Below, in pieces: positions 50,346 through 60,650 of a DNA stretch of 64,000 nt. Origin of the DNA: Cenarchaeum sp. (lineage in GTDB: Archaea; Thermoproteota; Nitrososphaeria; Nitrososphaerales; Nitrosopumilaceae); assembly GCA_963693095.2 (NCBI GenBank), contig OY843768.1, positions 1,824,001-1,888,000 on the forward strand, in the 5' to 3' direction. Position numbers and translations under genes: made by a program. Numbering within the stretch: the first letter of the stretch is position 1; each line of letters begins with the position of its first letter. Below the pieces are notes generated by a model that did not search any database, was not told the DNA's origin, and saw only the letters and a list, made by a program, of their open reading frames with translations.

Positions 50346-51326
50346 CTAAATACTAGATCTATAAAGCTTTGGTACCGTCATGCGTAACCCCTCCTTTTTC
50401 ATACAATAATCTCCAAATGTTGATGCTCTGATCTCATCATGTATGACAGAAAGCTCTTCCTGGATAGAATTAAAAGAATGTAGCTCTGCTAGTTCATGAC
50501 CGTACTCTTCGGGTTTTTCTTGGTAGCACCAGTCGTCCCTGTTAAATAAGTGAACTGTGTTACCTCTTACCGGGGGCCAACTAAAGCAAAACGTGTGTAC
50601 ACCGTACATCAATCCTTTGACTATGTTTGATGTTGTGTTGGGATTGTTTTTACTTCCCTGCGTTCGTCGAGGGAATAATCCTGTCATATTGCACCATTTC
50701 TTTTTAGTGTAGAGTAGCTTTGACAGCATGATCCATTTTTCCACCGCCCCATAACGTGCCCATCGTATGTTGAGACGATTATACCTACTTTCATCCACTA
50801 TATATCTGGCTTTTTCTGTTAACTGTGGCAGCGGACATTCCATATCTATTGTGGGACACTTGATTTGATCAGTGTCGAAATTTTCCAATTCTTCAAGATC
50901 GTTTTTTAATCCATCAACATCTTGCCTCATGTCAGATTCTGGACACGCAATGAATGTGGTGCCGAGATCTTTTTGAAGGTTCAAAATATCAATCCTAGTG
51001 GTGTGCGAGAAAGTAATATTACGTCCAAAACTCATGGATGTCACTTTTGGTTTGTGCCCGTCTTTCATTTTCTGAAACTCCCGCTTTATCTTTTTTTGCG
51101 TATTCAGATCTGTTATTTTCCCACCAGATTTTTCTTCATGATGATAGTTAAACATGTCCGCAGCAATTTTCTTACCAGTACTTGTTGCGTTGCTATAGTC
51201 ATGATTATTTGCACATAATGACGGCAATTTATACTCTTCACCGTTTATTACGACTTTTAGGCAATTTCCCCTTATGCCTCGGGTCTGATCCTCATCTGAT
51301 CGCACTGATTTGATCTCTAGCTGCAT
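50346..51326 (-). CDS. Hypothetical protein, AT-rich insertion
   Basis: 326-aa ORF with composition unlike its flanks; TATA-like element at about 51346-51356. Confidence 0.75.
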   Translation of the reverse strand: MQLEIKSVRSDEDQTRGIRGNCLKVVINGEEYKLPSLCANNHDYSNATSTGKKIAADMFNYHHEEKSGGKITDLNTQKKIKREFQKMKDGHKPKVTSMSFGRNITFSHTTRIDILNLQKDLGTTFIACPESDMRQDVDGLKNDLEELENFDTDQIKCPTIDMECPLPQLTEKARYIVDESRYNRLNIRWARYGAVEKWIMLSKLLYTKKKWCNMTGLFPRRTQGSKNNPNTTSNIVKGLMYGVHTFCFSWPPVRGNTVHLFNRDDWCYQEKPEEYGHELAELHSFNSIQEELSVIHDEIRASTFGDYCMKKEGLRMTVPKLYRSSI

Positions 51327-51581
51327 GACCCCTCGCTAGTTCACATAATTATTAAATGTAATCATTGACATGGCCCTCGCCGCTGACTGCCCACGGATTG
51401 ACAAGCGCCATGACCCCGTGCGCAGGGCCGAACATGGGCGGATCTCCATGGCCTGATCGCAGCTAGCCCGCCGATCCGCACCGGCCGCAAGGGATCCATG
51501 GCGGCGATCACGTCCATGAGTGGCACCTGCGCAGAAATTCCGAGTAGGTTTATAACCAAACTTGGGCGGCGCGCCCCACAG

Positions 51582-52190
51582 ATGTCCGAGGAGGCAAGGG
51601 CCGGGGGCTCCAGCGGCCTCTCGAGGCGCGACTTTCTCAAGCTTATGGGCGCCGCTGGCACTGGCCTCGCATTTGCTCCGTTCGTGCCGTGGGGCCAGTT
51701 CATGCCAAACCCGTCATCTGCGTCCCTCGAGCGCGTGCCCGTCGAGCTGCCAGACGGGTCGCAGGCCAACGCCGCGACGTTTCCAGTAAACCATTCTGAG
51801 GTCATCACGTACCCGCGGACCGGCGATCGCGTTCTTGATGAGGAGGCGTTTCGCAAGTGGCAGCTCATACGCCTGCCCGAGGAGCTCGGCGGCACGGCCA
51901 ACGACGCAAGCTCGTTTCGCGCATTTAGCATGGTCTGCCTCCACCTGTGGTGCCTCTGGAAGTACTGGCCCGATGCGGGCCGTCGGCGCGGCGAGTGCCC
52001 GTGCCACGGGAGCATGTATGACGCGCGCACGGGAACGTCATTTGCCGGTCCGGCATCACTCCAGGCCCCGCCGTCAGACACGCTTCCAAAGCTCGACCTC
52101 GAGGCCGGCAGTGATGGCCTCTTGTGGATAAAGCCCCCAGTCTGGGGCGTCAATGACAACGGTGTGGTGGGCTATGGCCGCTTTGTATGA
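51582..52190 (+). CDS. petC: Rieske 2Fe-2S protein of complex III
   Basis: Tat signal SRRDFLK; CLHLWC and CPCHGS ligands. Confidence 0.94.
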   Translation: MSEEARAGGSSGLSRRDFLKLMGAAGTGLAFAPFVPWGQFMPNPSSASLERVPVELPDGSQANAATFPVNHSEVITYPRTGDRVLDEEAFRKWQLIRLPEELGGTANDASSFRAFSMVCLHLWCLWKYWPDAGRRRGECPCHGSMYDARTGTSFAGPASLQAPPSDTLPKLDLEAGSDGLLWIKPPVWGVNDNGVVGYGRFV

Positions 52191-53649
52191 GGGCCGCCAG
52201 ACTGGCGCCGTAGGATTTTTCCACTGGCTCTGGGACGGCTTTGAGCGCACGATATTTGCCGCCGTAAAGTTCTCGTTCCCGTCAAGGTTTGTGAGCCCGT
52301 TTGGGTTTCTTGGAATGCTCACGTTCATCGTGTTCATCATACTTGGCGTCTCTGGCGCGCTCCTCATGTTCTACTATCAGCCGATACTCGATCGCGCATG
52401 GGACAGCGTCCAGTTCATCAATGACGAGGTTCCGTTTGGGTTCCACATACGCAACATACACTATCACGGGTCAAACGCGATGGTTCTCCTGGCCATACTC
52501 CACATGTACTATCAGTATTTCAGCGGCCGCTACAAGATACGCAACGAGCTCCTCTGGGTGACCGGAGTCATACTCGGCACGGTCACGATACTCGAGGCGT
52601 TCACCGGATATGACGTGATATTCAGCGAAAGGGCCGAGCTTGCGATCAGCATTGCCGCATCGCTGACCAACTCTATACCGGTAATAGGGCCGACGATCCG
52701 AGAGTCCGCATTTGGGGCCGGATTTTCGGACTTTGTCCTGCGCTTCTATGCGCAGCACGTCTTTATCCTGCCCGTCGTCATGCTCGGCCTCATGGCGGTC
52801 CACTTTCCTAGGTTTCTCGTCTTTGACGTGCCCATGGTCATGGCGATCTCGGGCGCAATACTCATCACGGGCGGCGTGTTTCCAATAGACCTTGGGTTCA
52901 AGTTCGAACCCACGGTGCCGCCGGGGATCACGGTTCCCGAGTGGTACCTGACTGCGCTCTATGCGTTCTTGCGCACGCAATACGACAAGTTCGTGACCGG
53001 CGTGCTCTGGCCGGGCCTCTTTATACTCGCGCTGCTCCTCGTCCCGTTCATCGACCGCTACAAAAAGTTCTCCTGGAAGGATCGCCCCCTCATCACGGCC
53101 TTTGGCATAACGGGAATCGCGCAGATGATGGTCACGACATACTGGGGGTTCTACATACCCTCTGACACGTCAATACCGCTCGTCGAGCGCCTCGTCATCG
53201 ACCCGATATACCTCTACACGGTGATGATCCTCCTCGTGCCGCTAGGGTTTGGGTTTAGCTATATGATGATCCATATGGCCCGCGAGGCCGAGCGAAAGGC
53301 AAAGCTCGCCAAGGAGACCGGGCCGCGCCAGGTCGCAAAGATAGACCTGTCTGACAAGTGGGTCAACTGGATAATCATCGCGCTCATCGCGTTCCAGGTC
53401 TTCCTCAACATTGCCGCATACAATGCCGCACTCGCCGGAATGAAGAACCTGTCGCTGTTCTGGGTCGGCCTCATACTCGTCGTCTTTGCGGCGTTCTTTC
53501 ACGTGTACCGCTATGGCCTCGGCAAGGCCAAAAAGCTGCCCACGCCGCCGCCGGGCATCGTGGCCCGCGAGAGGCCAAAGGCCATCGAGGCGGCCCCCGA
53601 GACGCCCGAGCTGCCCGAGTCTGGCACGCCTGATGGCGCAAAGGCATAG
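52174..53649 (+). CDS. petB: Cytochrome b/b6 of complex III
   Basis: RNIHYHG, ILHMY, QHVF, VHF heme ligands; PEWY motif. Confidence 0.95.
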   Translation: MAALYEGRQTGAVGFFHWLWDGFERTIFAAVKFSFPSRFVSPFGFLGMLTFIVFIILGVSGALLMFYYQPILDRAWDSVQFINDEVPFGFHIRNIHYHGSNAMVLLAILHMYYQYFSGRYKIRNELLWVTGVILGTVTILEAFTGYDVIFSERAELAISIAASLTNSIPVIGPTIRESAFGAGFSDFVLRFYAQHVFILPVVMLGLMAVHFPRFLVFDVPMVMAISGAILITGGVFPIDLGFKFEPTVPPGITVPEWYLTALYAFLRTQYDKFVTGVLWPGLFILALLLVPFIDRYKKFSWKDRPLITAFGITGIAQMMVTTYWGFYIPSDTSIPLVERLVIDPIYLYTVMILLVPLGFGFSYMMIHMAREAERKAKLAKETGPRQVAKIDLSDKWVNWIIIALIAFQVFLNIAAYNAALAGMKNLSLFWVGLILVVFAAFFHVYRYGLGKAKKLPTPPPGIVARERPKAIEAAPETPELPESGTPDGAKA

Positions 53650-53708
53650 TGTGCCCGGGAATCTCTACACCCACTCACATCTGCGTCATGCGGTCAATGG
53701 TGTGCCGC

Positions 53709-54455
53709 TCAGTATTCAATGACAACGTCAGGATCAGTGTCTAGCGCCTTTCTGAGATACGGGCTCCCATCGTCCTCTCTTCCAAGACGCACTAGCACAA
53801 CGTACTTTTCATAATTTATCTTGGCGTTATCGGGCTTTATCTCTAGTGCGTAATTTAGCGCCTGCAACGCCTCGTTGTTTCGCCCCATGACGAGCAGCAC
53901 GGTGCCCTTTAGCGCATAAGCCCACTCATGCCTGGCTTCTAGCCCCATGGCGCGCTCTATGGACTCTAGTGCCTCGTTATGGTGTCCCTGCATCGCAAGT
54001 GCCTGTGCCTTGCCCATGTGAAGCCAGGCATATCTCGGGTTTAGCTTCAGTCCACGCTCAAAGCACTCTAGGCCCTCCTCCACCTTGTTCTTGCCTAGCA
54101 GGAGATCACCCAACAGGCGGTATGCGTTCCAGTGGTCCGGATCAAGCCTTGTTGCGTGACGCATCTCCTCTATTGCCATATCGCGCTCCCCAATTGCTGC
54201 CATTACAGCGCCCTTGACAAAGTGCGCGTCTGCGAGATTGGGATCCAGCGATATGGCAGCCTCTGCTCTCTCAAGGGCCTCCTCAACATAATCAAAGTAG
54301 TACAGGGCTGCGGCCACGTCGGCGTGTGCACTGGCGCTGTCGCGGTTCTCCTGCAGCGCGAGCTCTGCCCTGTGAAGCTCCCCGAATGCAGCCTCCATGC
54401 CATCCTTGTCGGCCTCTACGTCCACGACCCCCGGCAGCTCTAGAACTGTCTTCAT
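53709..54455 (-). CDS. TPR protein (paralogue of 55892-56665)
   Basis: Tandem TPRs; start MKTVLE shared with the paralogue. Confidence 0.9.
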   Translation of the reverse strand: MKTVLELPGVVDVEADKDGMEAAFGELHRAELALQENRDSASAHADVAAALYYFDYVEEALERAEAAISLDPNLADAHFVKGAVMAAIGERDMAIEEMRHATRLDPDHWNAYRLLGDLLLGKNKVEEGLECFERGLKLNPRYAWLHMGKAQALAMQGHHNEALESIERAMGLEARHEWAYALKGTVLLVMGRNNEALQALNYALEIKPDNAKINYEKYVVLVRLGREDDGSPYLRKALDTDPDVVIEY

Positions 54456-54668
54456 GCAGGGCGAACACTGCCCGTTCCATAAAAATTGAACGTGGTCTGT
54501 CACGCATGAGGTCAGCGCCCATGGCAGTTCATGCCTATGCAGGCGCCGCAGTGGCCAAGTCGATCGACAGGATCACGCCTATTTGGCAAAATGGGCTGGT
54601 GGTGTGCTGACCCTATACGCTCCATCGATCATGTGACTTAATAGTCAGTAGCGCCGCTTCTGGCTCCG

Positions 54669-55805
54669 ATGATTCGGGCAGACGCGTTCAGGAATGCGGC
54701 GATCAGGATACTGCAGAAATCGCGCACGCCGCTCCATTTTGAGCGCATTGCGGACAGGGCGTTGACCCAAAAAATTATTCTGCTGGGCGTGAATGTGCTA
54801 GATGACTATATGGGTGCAGTATTACGCCACGATATGGAACAATACGGCAGCAGATCGGCGTTTGTCGAGACCGCTCCGGGACATTATGGGCTAAACCCGG
54901 ATCGGGCATCAAATATGCCTGTTGAGGAGACGGAAAAATCAATGCCAAAGACCGCCGAGTTCAAAAAAGCCGCAATTCACATACTGCGCGGCTCCCTAGG
55001 CCCGCTTCATTTTGGGCACATCACGGCAAGGGCTGTGTCTGAAGGCATGCTCCGGCCTAACAGGTATACGATTACGGCACTCATGGGAGAGATTCTTCAA
55101 AACGATGTCATGCGCAACGACAAGCAATCCGTGTTTACTGCCACAACTGATGGTTCTTATCGCCTAAACACAAATCATCCACACTCCAAAATGTCTTTTC
55201 CTAAACACATCGTTCCACGGTCTACACAACATGCACATTCTTCCCAAACTGCCGTGTCAACCAATGCTCCTGAGCAAACAGGTAGTATCCAAACCATATT
55301 TGAGTCTCACTCACCTAAACCGCCATTGCCCAGTTCGCGCAACTTGCCTTTTTTGAAAGCGTATGTGGGCAAGGGGGGAGAACACCTAGTGGCTAGCAAA
55401 TTGCTCTTTTTGAGATACAATGTGAGTGTGCCAACAGTGGATATGGGAGCCGATCTATTGGTCACAAAAGATGGCTCTTCCCACTATTACATACAAGTAA
55501 AAACTATAACAGAAGTTGACAATAAATATCGTTTTCACATTACAATCAATTCCTTTTATAGGCAAAATGCTGACAATATGTTCTATGTATTCGTCCTCCG
55601 CCCCACTCACTCCGAGCATGCTGCCGAAGAGACCTTTTTGATCATTCCCCATAATGTGCTGGAACAGGGCATACGTCACAAATACATAAAAACTGGCCAC
55701 AAATACTTTTCTTCTATTTTTCTTCCAACAGGCGGCAATTTTGCCATGGGCTCACCTAAAAACGACATTAGCCGGTTTGTTAATAACTGGAAGTTGATCG
55801 GATAG
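54669..55805 (+). CDS. Tandem HARE-HTH domains fused to a PD-(D/E)XK restriction-like nuclease
   Basis: Two F..AAI.IL.....PLHF..I..RA...F......G.Y.LN repeats; GKGGEHLVASKL...GADLL...IQVKT. Confidence 0.8.
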   Translation: MIRADAFRNAAIRILQKSRTPLHFERIADRALTQKIILLGVNVLDDYMGAVLRHDMEQYGSRSAFVETAPGHYGLNPDRASNMPVEETEKSMPKTAEFKKAAIHILRGSLGPLHFGHITARAVSEGMLRPNRYTITALMGEILQNDVMRNDKQSVFTATTDGSYRLNTNHPHSKMSFPKHIVPRSTQHAHSSQTAVSTNAPEQTGSIQTIFESHSPKPPLPSSRNLPFLKAYVGKGGEHLVASKLLFLRYNVSVPTVDMGADLLVTKDGSSHYYIQVKTITEVDNKYRFHITINSFYRQNADNMFYVFVLRPTHSEHAAEETFLIIPHNVLEQGIRHKYIKTGHKYFSSIFLPTGGNFAMGSPKNDISRFVNNWKLIG

Positions 55806-55891
55806 TCATGCTCTAACGCATCTGGCACGCTGGATATACAGCTGTCTATTAGTGTGACATGGGATGTTGTTTCCCGCTCAACTCTGACAAT

Positions 55892-56665
55892 CTACACAGT
55901 GCTATTGCCTTCGTCGTCATAATATCCCGTGGAAACGTTGGGATCCAGTTCTAGCGCCTTTCCGAGTGAATCGCTTCCCTCCTCTTCTCGCCCAAGGCGC
56001 TCCAAAGCAAACCATCTGTTAAAATTTGTCTTGGCAACGTTGGGTCTTATCTCTAGCGCACGGTCTAACGCAAGCACGGCTTCCTCGTTGCGCCTCATTA
56101 TGATCAGCACAGCGCCCTTGAGCGCATGAGCCGACTCGTGCCGTGGCTCCAGTTCTATGGCACGCTCTAGGGACTCTAGAGCTTCCTCGTTGTGCCCCTG
56201 TATCGCAAGTGCATACGCCCTGCCCACGTGGAGTCCGGCATATCTAGGGTTTAGCTGCAGTCCTAGCTCATAGCACTCTAGGCTTTCCTCCACCTTGTTC
56301 TTGCCTAGCAAAAGATCGCCCAACAGGCGGTATGCGTTCCAGTGACCCGGATCAAGCCTTGTTGCGCGGCGTACCTCCACTAGTGCCATGTCGCGATCCC
56401 CCATTTCTGCCAATGCCGCACTCCTGACAAAGTGCGCGTCTGCGAGATCGGGATCCAGCAATATGGCGGCCTCTGCGTTCTCGAGGGCCTCCTCGACATA
56501 GTTGAGACGGTACAGGGCTGCGGCCACGTCGATGTGAGCCTTGGCGCTATCGAGGTTATCCTGCAGCGCGATCTCTGCCCAGTGGAGCTCCATGACTGCG
56601 TCGTTTTGGCCATCTGTGCCACCCTCAGTATCCACAACCCCCGGCCGCTCTAGAACCGTCTTCAT
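55892..56665 (-). CDS. TPR protein (paralogue of 53709-54455)
   Basis: Tandem TPRs; about 55 bp of upstream sequence also duplicated (54456-54509 vs 56666-56719). Confidence 0.9.
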   Translation of the reverse strand: MKTVLERPGVVDTEGGTDGQNDAVMELHWAEIALQDNLDSAKAHIDVAAALYRLNYVEEALENAEAAILLDPDLADAHFVRSAALAEMGDRDMALVEVRRATRLDPGHWNAYRLLGDLLLGKNKVEESLECYELGLQLNPRYAGLHVGRAYALAIQGHNEEALESLERAIELEPRHESAHALKGAVLIIMRRNEEAVLALDRALEIRPNVAKTNFNRWFALERLGREEEGSDSLGKALELDPNVSTGYYDDEGNSTV

Positions 56666-56812
56666 GCAGGGCGAACACCGCCCGTTCTATAAAAATTGAA
56701 CGTGGCCTGTCACGCATGATGCTCGCACTGACCACCTCTGTTGCCTTGTGTGCCGTCTAGGGCGCGCCGACCCTGTAAGCTTTATAACGCAATTCCCGGC
56801 GCCTCGCGCCGC

Positions 56813-57271
56813 TTGGCATCACCGCAGAACGCATACGGGATTGGCGTGATGACTGTCATCGTCGCACTAGTCGCCGGCTCGGTCTTTTACCAAGAGTTCT
56901 ACCTGCCCGAGTCCTCGGCAAAGCCGTCTGTTGATGAGCACATCCTCCATCCGACCGGATCGTCGACCATTGACATGATCGACGGCTCGGCCAACCAGGA
57001 CCAGGCCGACAACTTTGTGCCAAAGCTCGTCAATATCCAGCTAGGAATAGACAATATCGTCACGTGGACGAACTCGGATGAGACTGCGCACACCGTGACG
57101 CCTGACCACAGGGTAGCTGACTCGTACAGCGGCACGTTTGGCTCAGTCGGAGTCGTAAAGCCCGGCGAGGCATACGAGTTTGTCTTTACAGAGCCTCACG
57201 AGATAGAGTACCACTGCGAGCCGCACCCGTGGATGACGGGCAAGATTATCGTCACAAAGCAGCGCTTCTAG
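56813..57271 (+). CDS. Membrane-anchored plastocyanin-like cupredoxin (probable complex III partner)
   Basis: TM anchor, AHTVT, YHCEPHPWM; start reassigned to TTG 56813 after TTTATAA. Confidence 0.88.
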   Translation: MASPQNAYGIGVMTVIVALVAGSVFYQEFYLPESSAKPSVDEHILHPTGSSTIDMIDGSANQDQADNFVPKLVNIQLGIDNIVTWTNSDETAHTVTPDHRVADSYSGTFGSVGVVKPGEAYEFVFTEPHEIEYHCEPHPWMTGKIIVTKQRF

Positions 57272-57615
57272 CCGCGCGACACAAAGACGACGCTGCTGTC
57301 GACCTCCTTGTGCTGCTCTATTATCGCCGCGCGCACGCGAATCTCATGCGCCGCCTTGATCGCCGGCTCGACTTTTGCGACAAAGTCCGCAGTCCCATCA
57401 GGCATGTCCGCACTCGGGACAAAGAGCCTGGACTTTGTGCCCGCCTGCGCCTTGCCGTTGCATGACTCGAATGAGACTAGCGAGTTTGACCCCGTGACCT
57501 GCGCGTATATCATGACGCCGTCATGCCTGCCGCCATAAGTGATGGTGACGCGCCCGCGCAGCGTGTCACTCCCGCCCTCGTCGACTGACACGGTGCATGC
57601 GCCCATGGCCGCCAT
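57268..57615 (-). CDS. Hypothetical protein
   Basis: Compact ORF with host-like codon usage and an upstream AT-rich box. Confidence 0.65.
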   Translation of the reverse strand: MAAMGACTVSVDEGGSDTLRGRVTITYGGRHDGVMIYAQVTGSNSLVSFESCNGKAQAGTKSRLFVPSADMPDGTADFVAKVEPAIKAAHEIRVRAAIIEQHKEVDSSVVFVSRG

Positions 57616-57653
57616 TGCGCGCGCGCCCGATAATTAACCTTGGCGTGTGATCA

Positions 57654-57728
57654 CGGGTCCAGAGGGCTTCGATCCCTCGACCATTGGATTAGAAGTCCAA
57701 CACTCTGTCCATGCTGAGCTATGGACCC
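57654..57728 (-). tRNA. tRNA-Arg(TCT)
   Basis: GGGTCCA/TGGACCC acceptor stem, TTGGA-ctTCTaa-TCCAA anticodon arm, GAGGGATCGAAGCCCTC T arm. Confidence 0.95.
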
Positions 57729-57754
57729 GTCGGCGAGTGCGACCCCGTTTCATT

Positions 57755-58639
57755 TTAAGGGTTTACGGCCCAGCGGCCATGCGCGTCATCGCGTCCGGCC
57801 TTGAAGAGAAACTGTTGCGCGTATCCGGCGTACGGGCCATACCTTTTCACAACGGCATCATGCACATTGGCGTACGTGCGCGGCGTGACTCCGGTGATCT
57901 TGCCGGCAAGGGACTCCTCGCCCATCGATGCCAGTATGCGGGCCATCCAGCGGTCCAGGGGAAACGCGTCGAGCCTCTCCAGGGAGAAGAGCATGACACA
58001 GTCGGCCACCTTTGATCCAACGCCGGGCACTGCGAGGAGTGACTCGAGCGCATCGCCGTATGGCGCGCCGCGCAGCGCACCCAGCTCGAGGCGTCCGGAT
58101 GCGACCATGTGGGCGGCCCGCCTGACGTATTTCGCGCGATACCCCAGGCCGCATGAGGCAAGGCCGGCGGCATTTGCGCGCGCAAGCCTAGAGGGCTCTG
58201 GAAAGAGGCAAAACTCGGCGCCCTCGTGCGTCGTGCGCTCGCCGTACCTTGCGCAGATGCGCCGCAGCGAGTCCCTGATCCTCGGTATGCTAGAGTTCGC
58301 CGACGTGATGAACGTGATGAGGCACTGGAACGCGTCCTGGCGCATGAGGCGCAGGCCGGCCAGGCGCCTCACTGCAGCATCCACCCTGCGATCGCGCGAT
58401 ATGTCGCGCAGTATGGCCTCAATGTCATCATCCTGCCTGAATATGTCCGGCGCGACGCCGGCGTGCGAGGAGATGCGCGGCCTCGAGCGCGACGAGTCGA
58501 CCGTTATGGCGTGCGCTCCGTCGACGCCACGCCAGAGGTCACCGTCGCGCTCCCAGAGAAAGACCTGCCCGCTGTTTATGCTCAACTCGACGTCAATGTG
58601 CCGCCTAGACGGTGACTGTCTCGTTGGCGACTGCGGCAT
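57755..58639 (-). CDS. ogg: 8-oxoguanine DNA glycosylase/AP lyase (OGG1-like, HhH-GPD)
   Basis: SGQVFLW, GLRLMRQD, GLGYRAKY, PGVGSKVADC, FPLD, GYAQQFLF; start uncertain. Confidence 0.92.
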   Translation of the reverse strand: MPQSPTRQSPSRRHIDVELSINSGQVFLWERDGDLWRGVDGAHAITVDSSRSRPRISSHAGVAPDIFRQDDDIEAILRDISRDRRVDAAVRRLAGLRLMRQDAFQCLITFITSANSSIPRIRDSLRRICARYGERTTHEGAEFCLFPEPSRLARANAAGLASCGLGYRAKYVRRAAHMVASGRLELGALRGAPYGDALESLLAVPGVGSKVADCVMLFSLERLDAFPLDRWMARILASMGEESLAGKITGVTPRTYANVHDAVVKRYGPYAGYAQQFLFKAGRDDAHGRWAVNP

Positions 58640-59876
58640 GCGCGTCGAGGCCAAACTTTTCATGGATCTCGCGCGCAAACGTCTCGCACGACTCGGCGTC
58701 ACCATGGACCGTGATGACCTTTGGGCTGCCCTTTATGCGCTTGACCATGTCAAAGAGGTCGGTTCGGCCAGAGTGGCCAGAGAACTCGAACTTGCGAACC
58801 TGTGCGGCTGCCGCGCGCGACCCGCCGCGAATCTGGACCTTGCCGGTCTCGAGGAGCTTGCGGCCCGGCGTGCCCTCGCCCTGGTACGACACTAGCGCGA
58901 TGCCGTTTCGGTCATTAAACGCAATCTCTTGGAGGTAAAAGACGGCGTTGCCCCCGACTAGCATGCCGGCCGGAGATATCACGACGCACGGGCCCTCGAG
59001 GTTTCTCTTGCGGTCCTCGTGGCTCTTTATGGCGATTGCGTGGCCGACTGCGTCCTCAAAGACCTTTGGATCGCGCAGATAGTCCGGATTGTCCATTATA
59101 ATGTCATTGACCTTTAGTGCCATGCCGTCCATGATGACGCGGTGCTCAAAGTTTGCGTTGCGCAGGACGCATGCGATCTCTTGTGACCTCTCGACAGAGA
59201 ATGACGGGATGAACAGTATTCCCTTGCGGTCCATGACCTCGCTCGCAAACTCGAGCAGTCCGGCCTCTGAATCTTTTCTTGGCGGCTGGTCCTTTAGCGC
59301 GTACGTGCTCTCTGTTATCAATAGGTCGATCTCACCGACGTCAAAGTCTGCCTCACGCAGCATCCTCGAGCCGCGCACGTTGACGTCTCCGGTGTAAAAG
59401 AGGCGCCTCTTGTCGGCCTCTACGATCACGGTGCTCCCGCCAACGACGTGGCCGGACTCGCGCAGCTCGACTTGCGCATCGCCAATCCTGAACGGCTCGC
59501 CAAAGGAGTGGTGAGTCGCATTGCTCATCATCGCCTTTACCTCGCGCGACTCGTACTGGTGGCGGCCCCGCTCTATCTTTATCATGTCCTCTATGAGGAG
59601 CCTCGAGAGCTCCATCGTCGGCTTTGTCGCATGGACCCCGACGCCCTCGCCGCCTCCGGCAAAGAGGGCCGGCACGTTGCCCGAGTGGTCAAGGTGCGCG
59701 TGCGTGATCACCGCACCGGCGATGTCCTTTGGCCTGACGTGCGTCGGGTACTGGGGCGGGTCTCCACGCCGGCCAAACATGACGCCATAGTCGAGGAGGA
59801 GCTTTGTCGAGCCTGCCTCGACCATGAATGCCGAGCGACCCACCTCACCGGCGGCGCCCAGAACGCTTACGTTCAC
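58605..59876 (-). CDS. MBL-fold beta-CASP ribonuclease
   Basis: LGAAGEVGRS, THAHLDHSG, SGHVVG, YTGD, ESTY, FSGH, VHGD. Confidence 0.93.
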   Translation of the reverse strand: MNVSVLGAAGEVGRSAFMVEAGSTKLLLDYGVMFGRRGDPPQYPTHVRPKDIAGAVITHAHLDHSGNVPALFAGGGEGVGVHATKPTMELSRLLIEDMIKIERGRHQYESREVKAMMSNATHHSFGEPFRIGDAQVELRESGHVVGGSTVIVEADKRRLFYTGDVNVRGSRMLREADFDVGEIDLLITESTYALKDQPPRKDSEAGLLEFASEVMDRKGILFIPSFSVERSQEIACVLRNANFEHRVIMDGMALKVNDIIMDNPDYLRDPKVFEDAVGHAIAIKSHEDRKRNLEGPCVVISPAGMLVGGNAVFYLQEIAFNDRNGIALVSYQGEGTPGRKLLETGKVQIRGGSRAAAAQVRKFEFSGHSGRTDLFDMVKRIKGSPKVITVHGDAESCETFAREIHEKFGLDAHAAVANETVTV

Positions 59877-59990
59877 TGCGTGGAGGCCCCCTGATCGTGC
59901 TTTAAAACCCTCTCTATGCGACCCCCTCGGGGGCGCCTGCGCCCACCACTGTCTAAAGCTTTAATTATAGCCAGATCGGCGGCTGCCCCC

Positions 59991-60209
59991 ATGGGCAGAA
60001 GCTACCAAGATTGGCTGAACCAGCAGGATCAGGCACTCGTGGCCAAGGTTAGAGCCGGCGACGAGTCGAACAAGCCTCTCCTGAACCAGATCAACTGGAT
60101 CTGGGTTGCCAATCTTATGAACAAAAAGGCAGAACTGAACCCCTCCTCAGCCGAGCTCCTCGACTGGGTGACATCGGGTCAGATCGAAGCCATGAGAAAG
60201 AACAAGTAG
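59991..60209 (+). CDS. Small hypothetical protein
   Basis: ATG about 25 nt after TTTAATTATA; strongly biased codon usage. Confidence 0.75.
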   Translation: MGRSYQDWLNQQDQALVAKVRAGDESNKPLLNQINWIWVANLMNKKAELNPSSAELLDWVTSGQIEAMRKNK

Positions 60210-60336
60210 GCGTAAACACTATGCGCTCACTATTTTTGAGTACGACAGGCACGCTGTGCGCCGCACGCCTGAAAATAACCCCGTTATAAGACTTCTATTA
60301 TGGTTTAAATACCTATAGGGGTATCCTGATTCAACA

Positions 60337-60639
60337 ATGCCAATAGCAATATTGCCTGATGTGGACGAGCAGAGGTGTATAGGCTGCGCACTATGCGTGG
60401 AGATATGCACTTCACTCGGACCAGACGTACTGCGCGTAAAGCCCGTAGAGGGCTGGAAGAGGGGAAAGGCGTTTGTCTTTTATCCGGAGAGATGCATTTC
60501 TGACGGCGCATGCATAGGTGTGTGCCCGACGAAGTCCATCTTTTGGATGAGGCCAATGAACTACACCGCGGGTCAGCCCGTGCCTCTCCACAAGAACGGC
60601 GTGTTCGTGAAGGGCTGGGCAGAAGACGCTGCAAACTAG
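60337..60639 (+). CDS. 4Fe-4S dicluster ferredoxin
   Basis: CIGCALCVEIC and CISDGACIGVCP. Confidence 0.93.
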   Translation: MPIAILPDVDEQRCIGCALCVEICTSLGPDVLRVKPVEGWKRGKAFVFYPERCISDGACIGVCPTKSIFWMRPMNYTAGQPVPLHKNGVFVKGWAEDAAN

Positions 60640-60650
60640 CGAGCTCCCAG

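Noticed and set aside
57654-57728. tRNA-Arg as the att partner of tRNA-Lys
   Set aside because: It is a complete tRNA with its own anticodon; the similarity is ordinary tRNA conservation and the genes between are mostly core.
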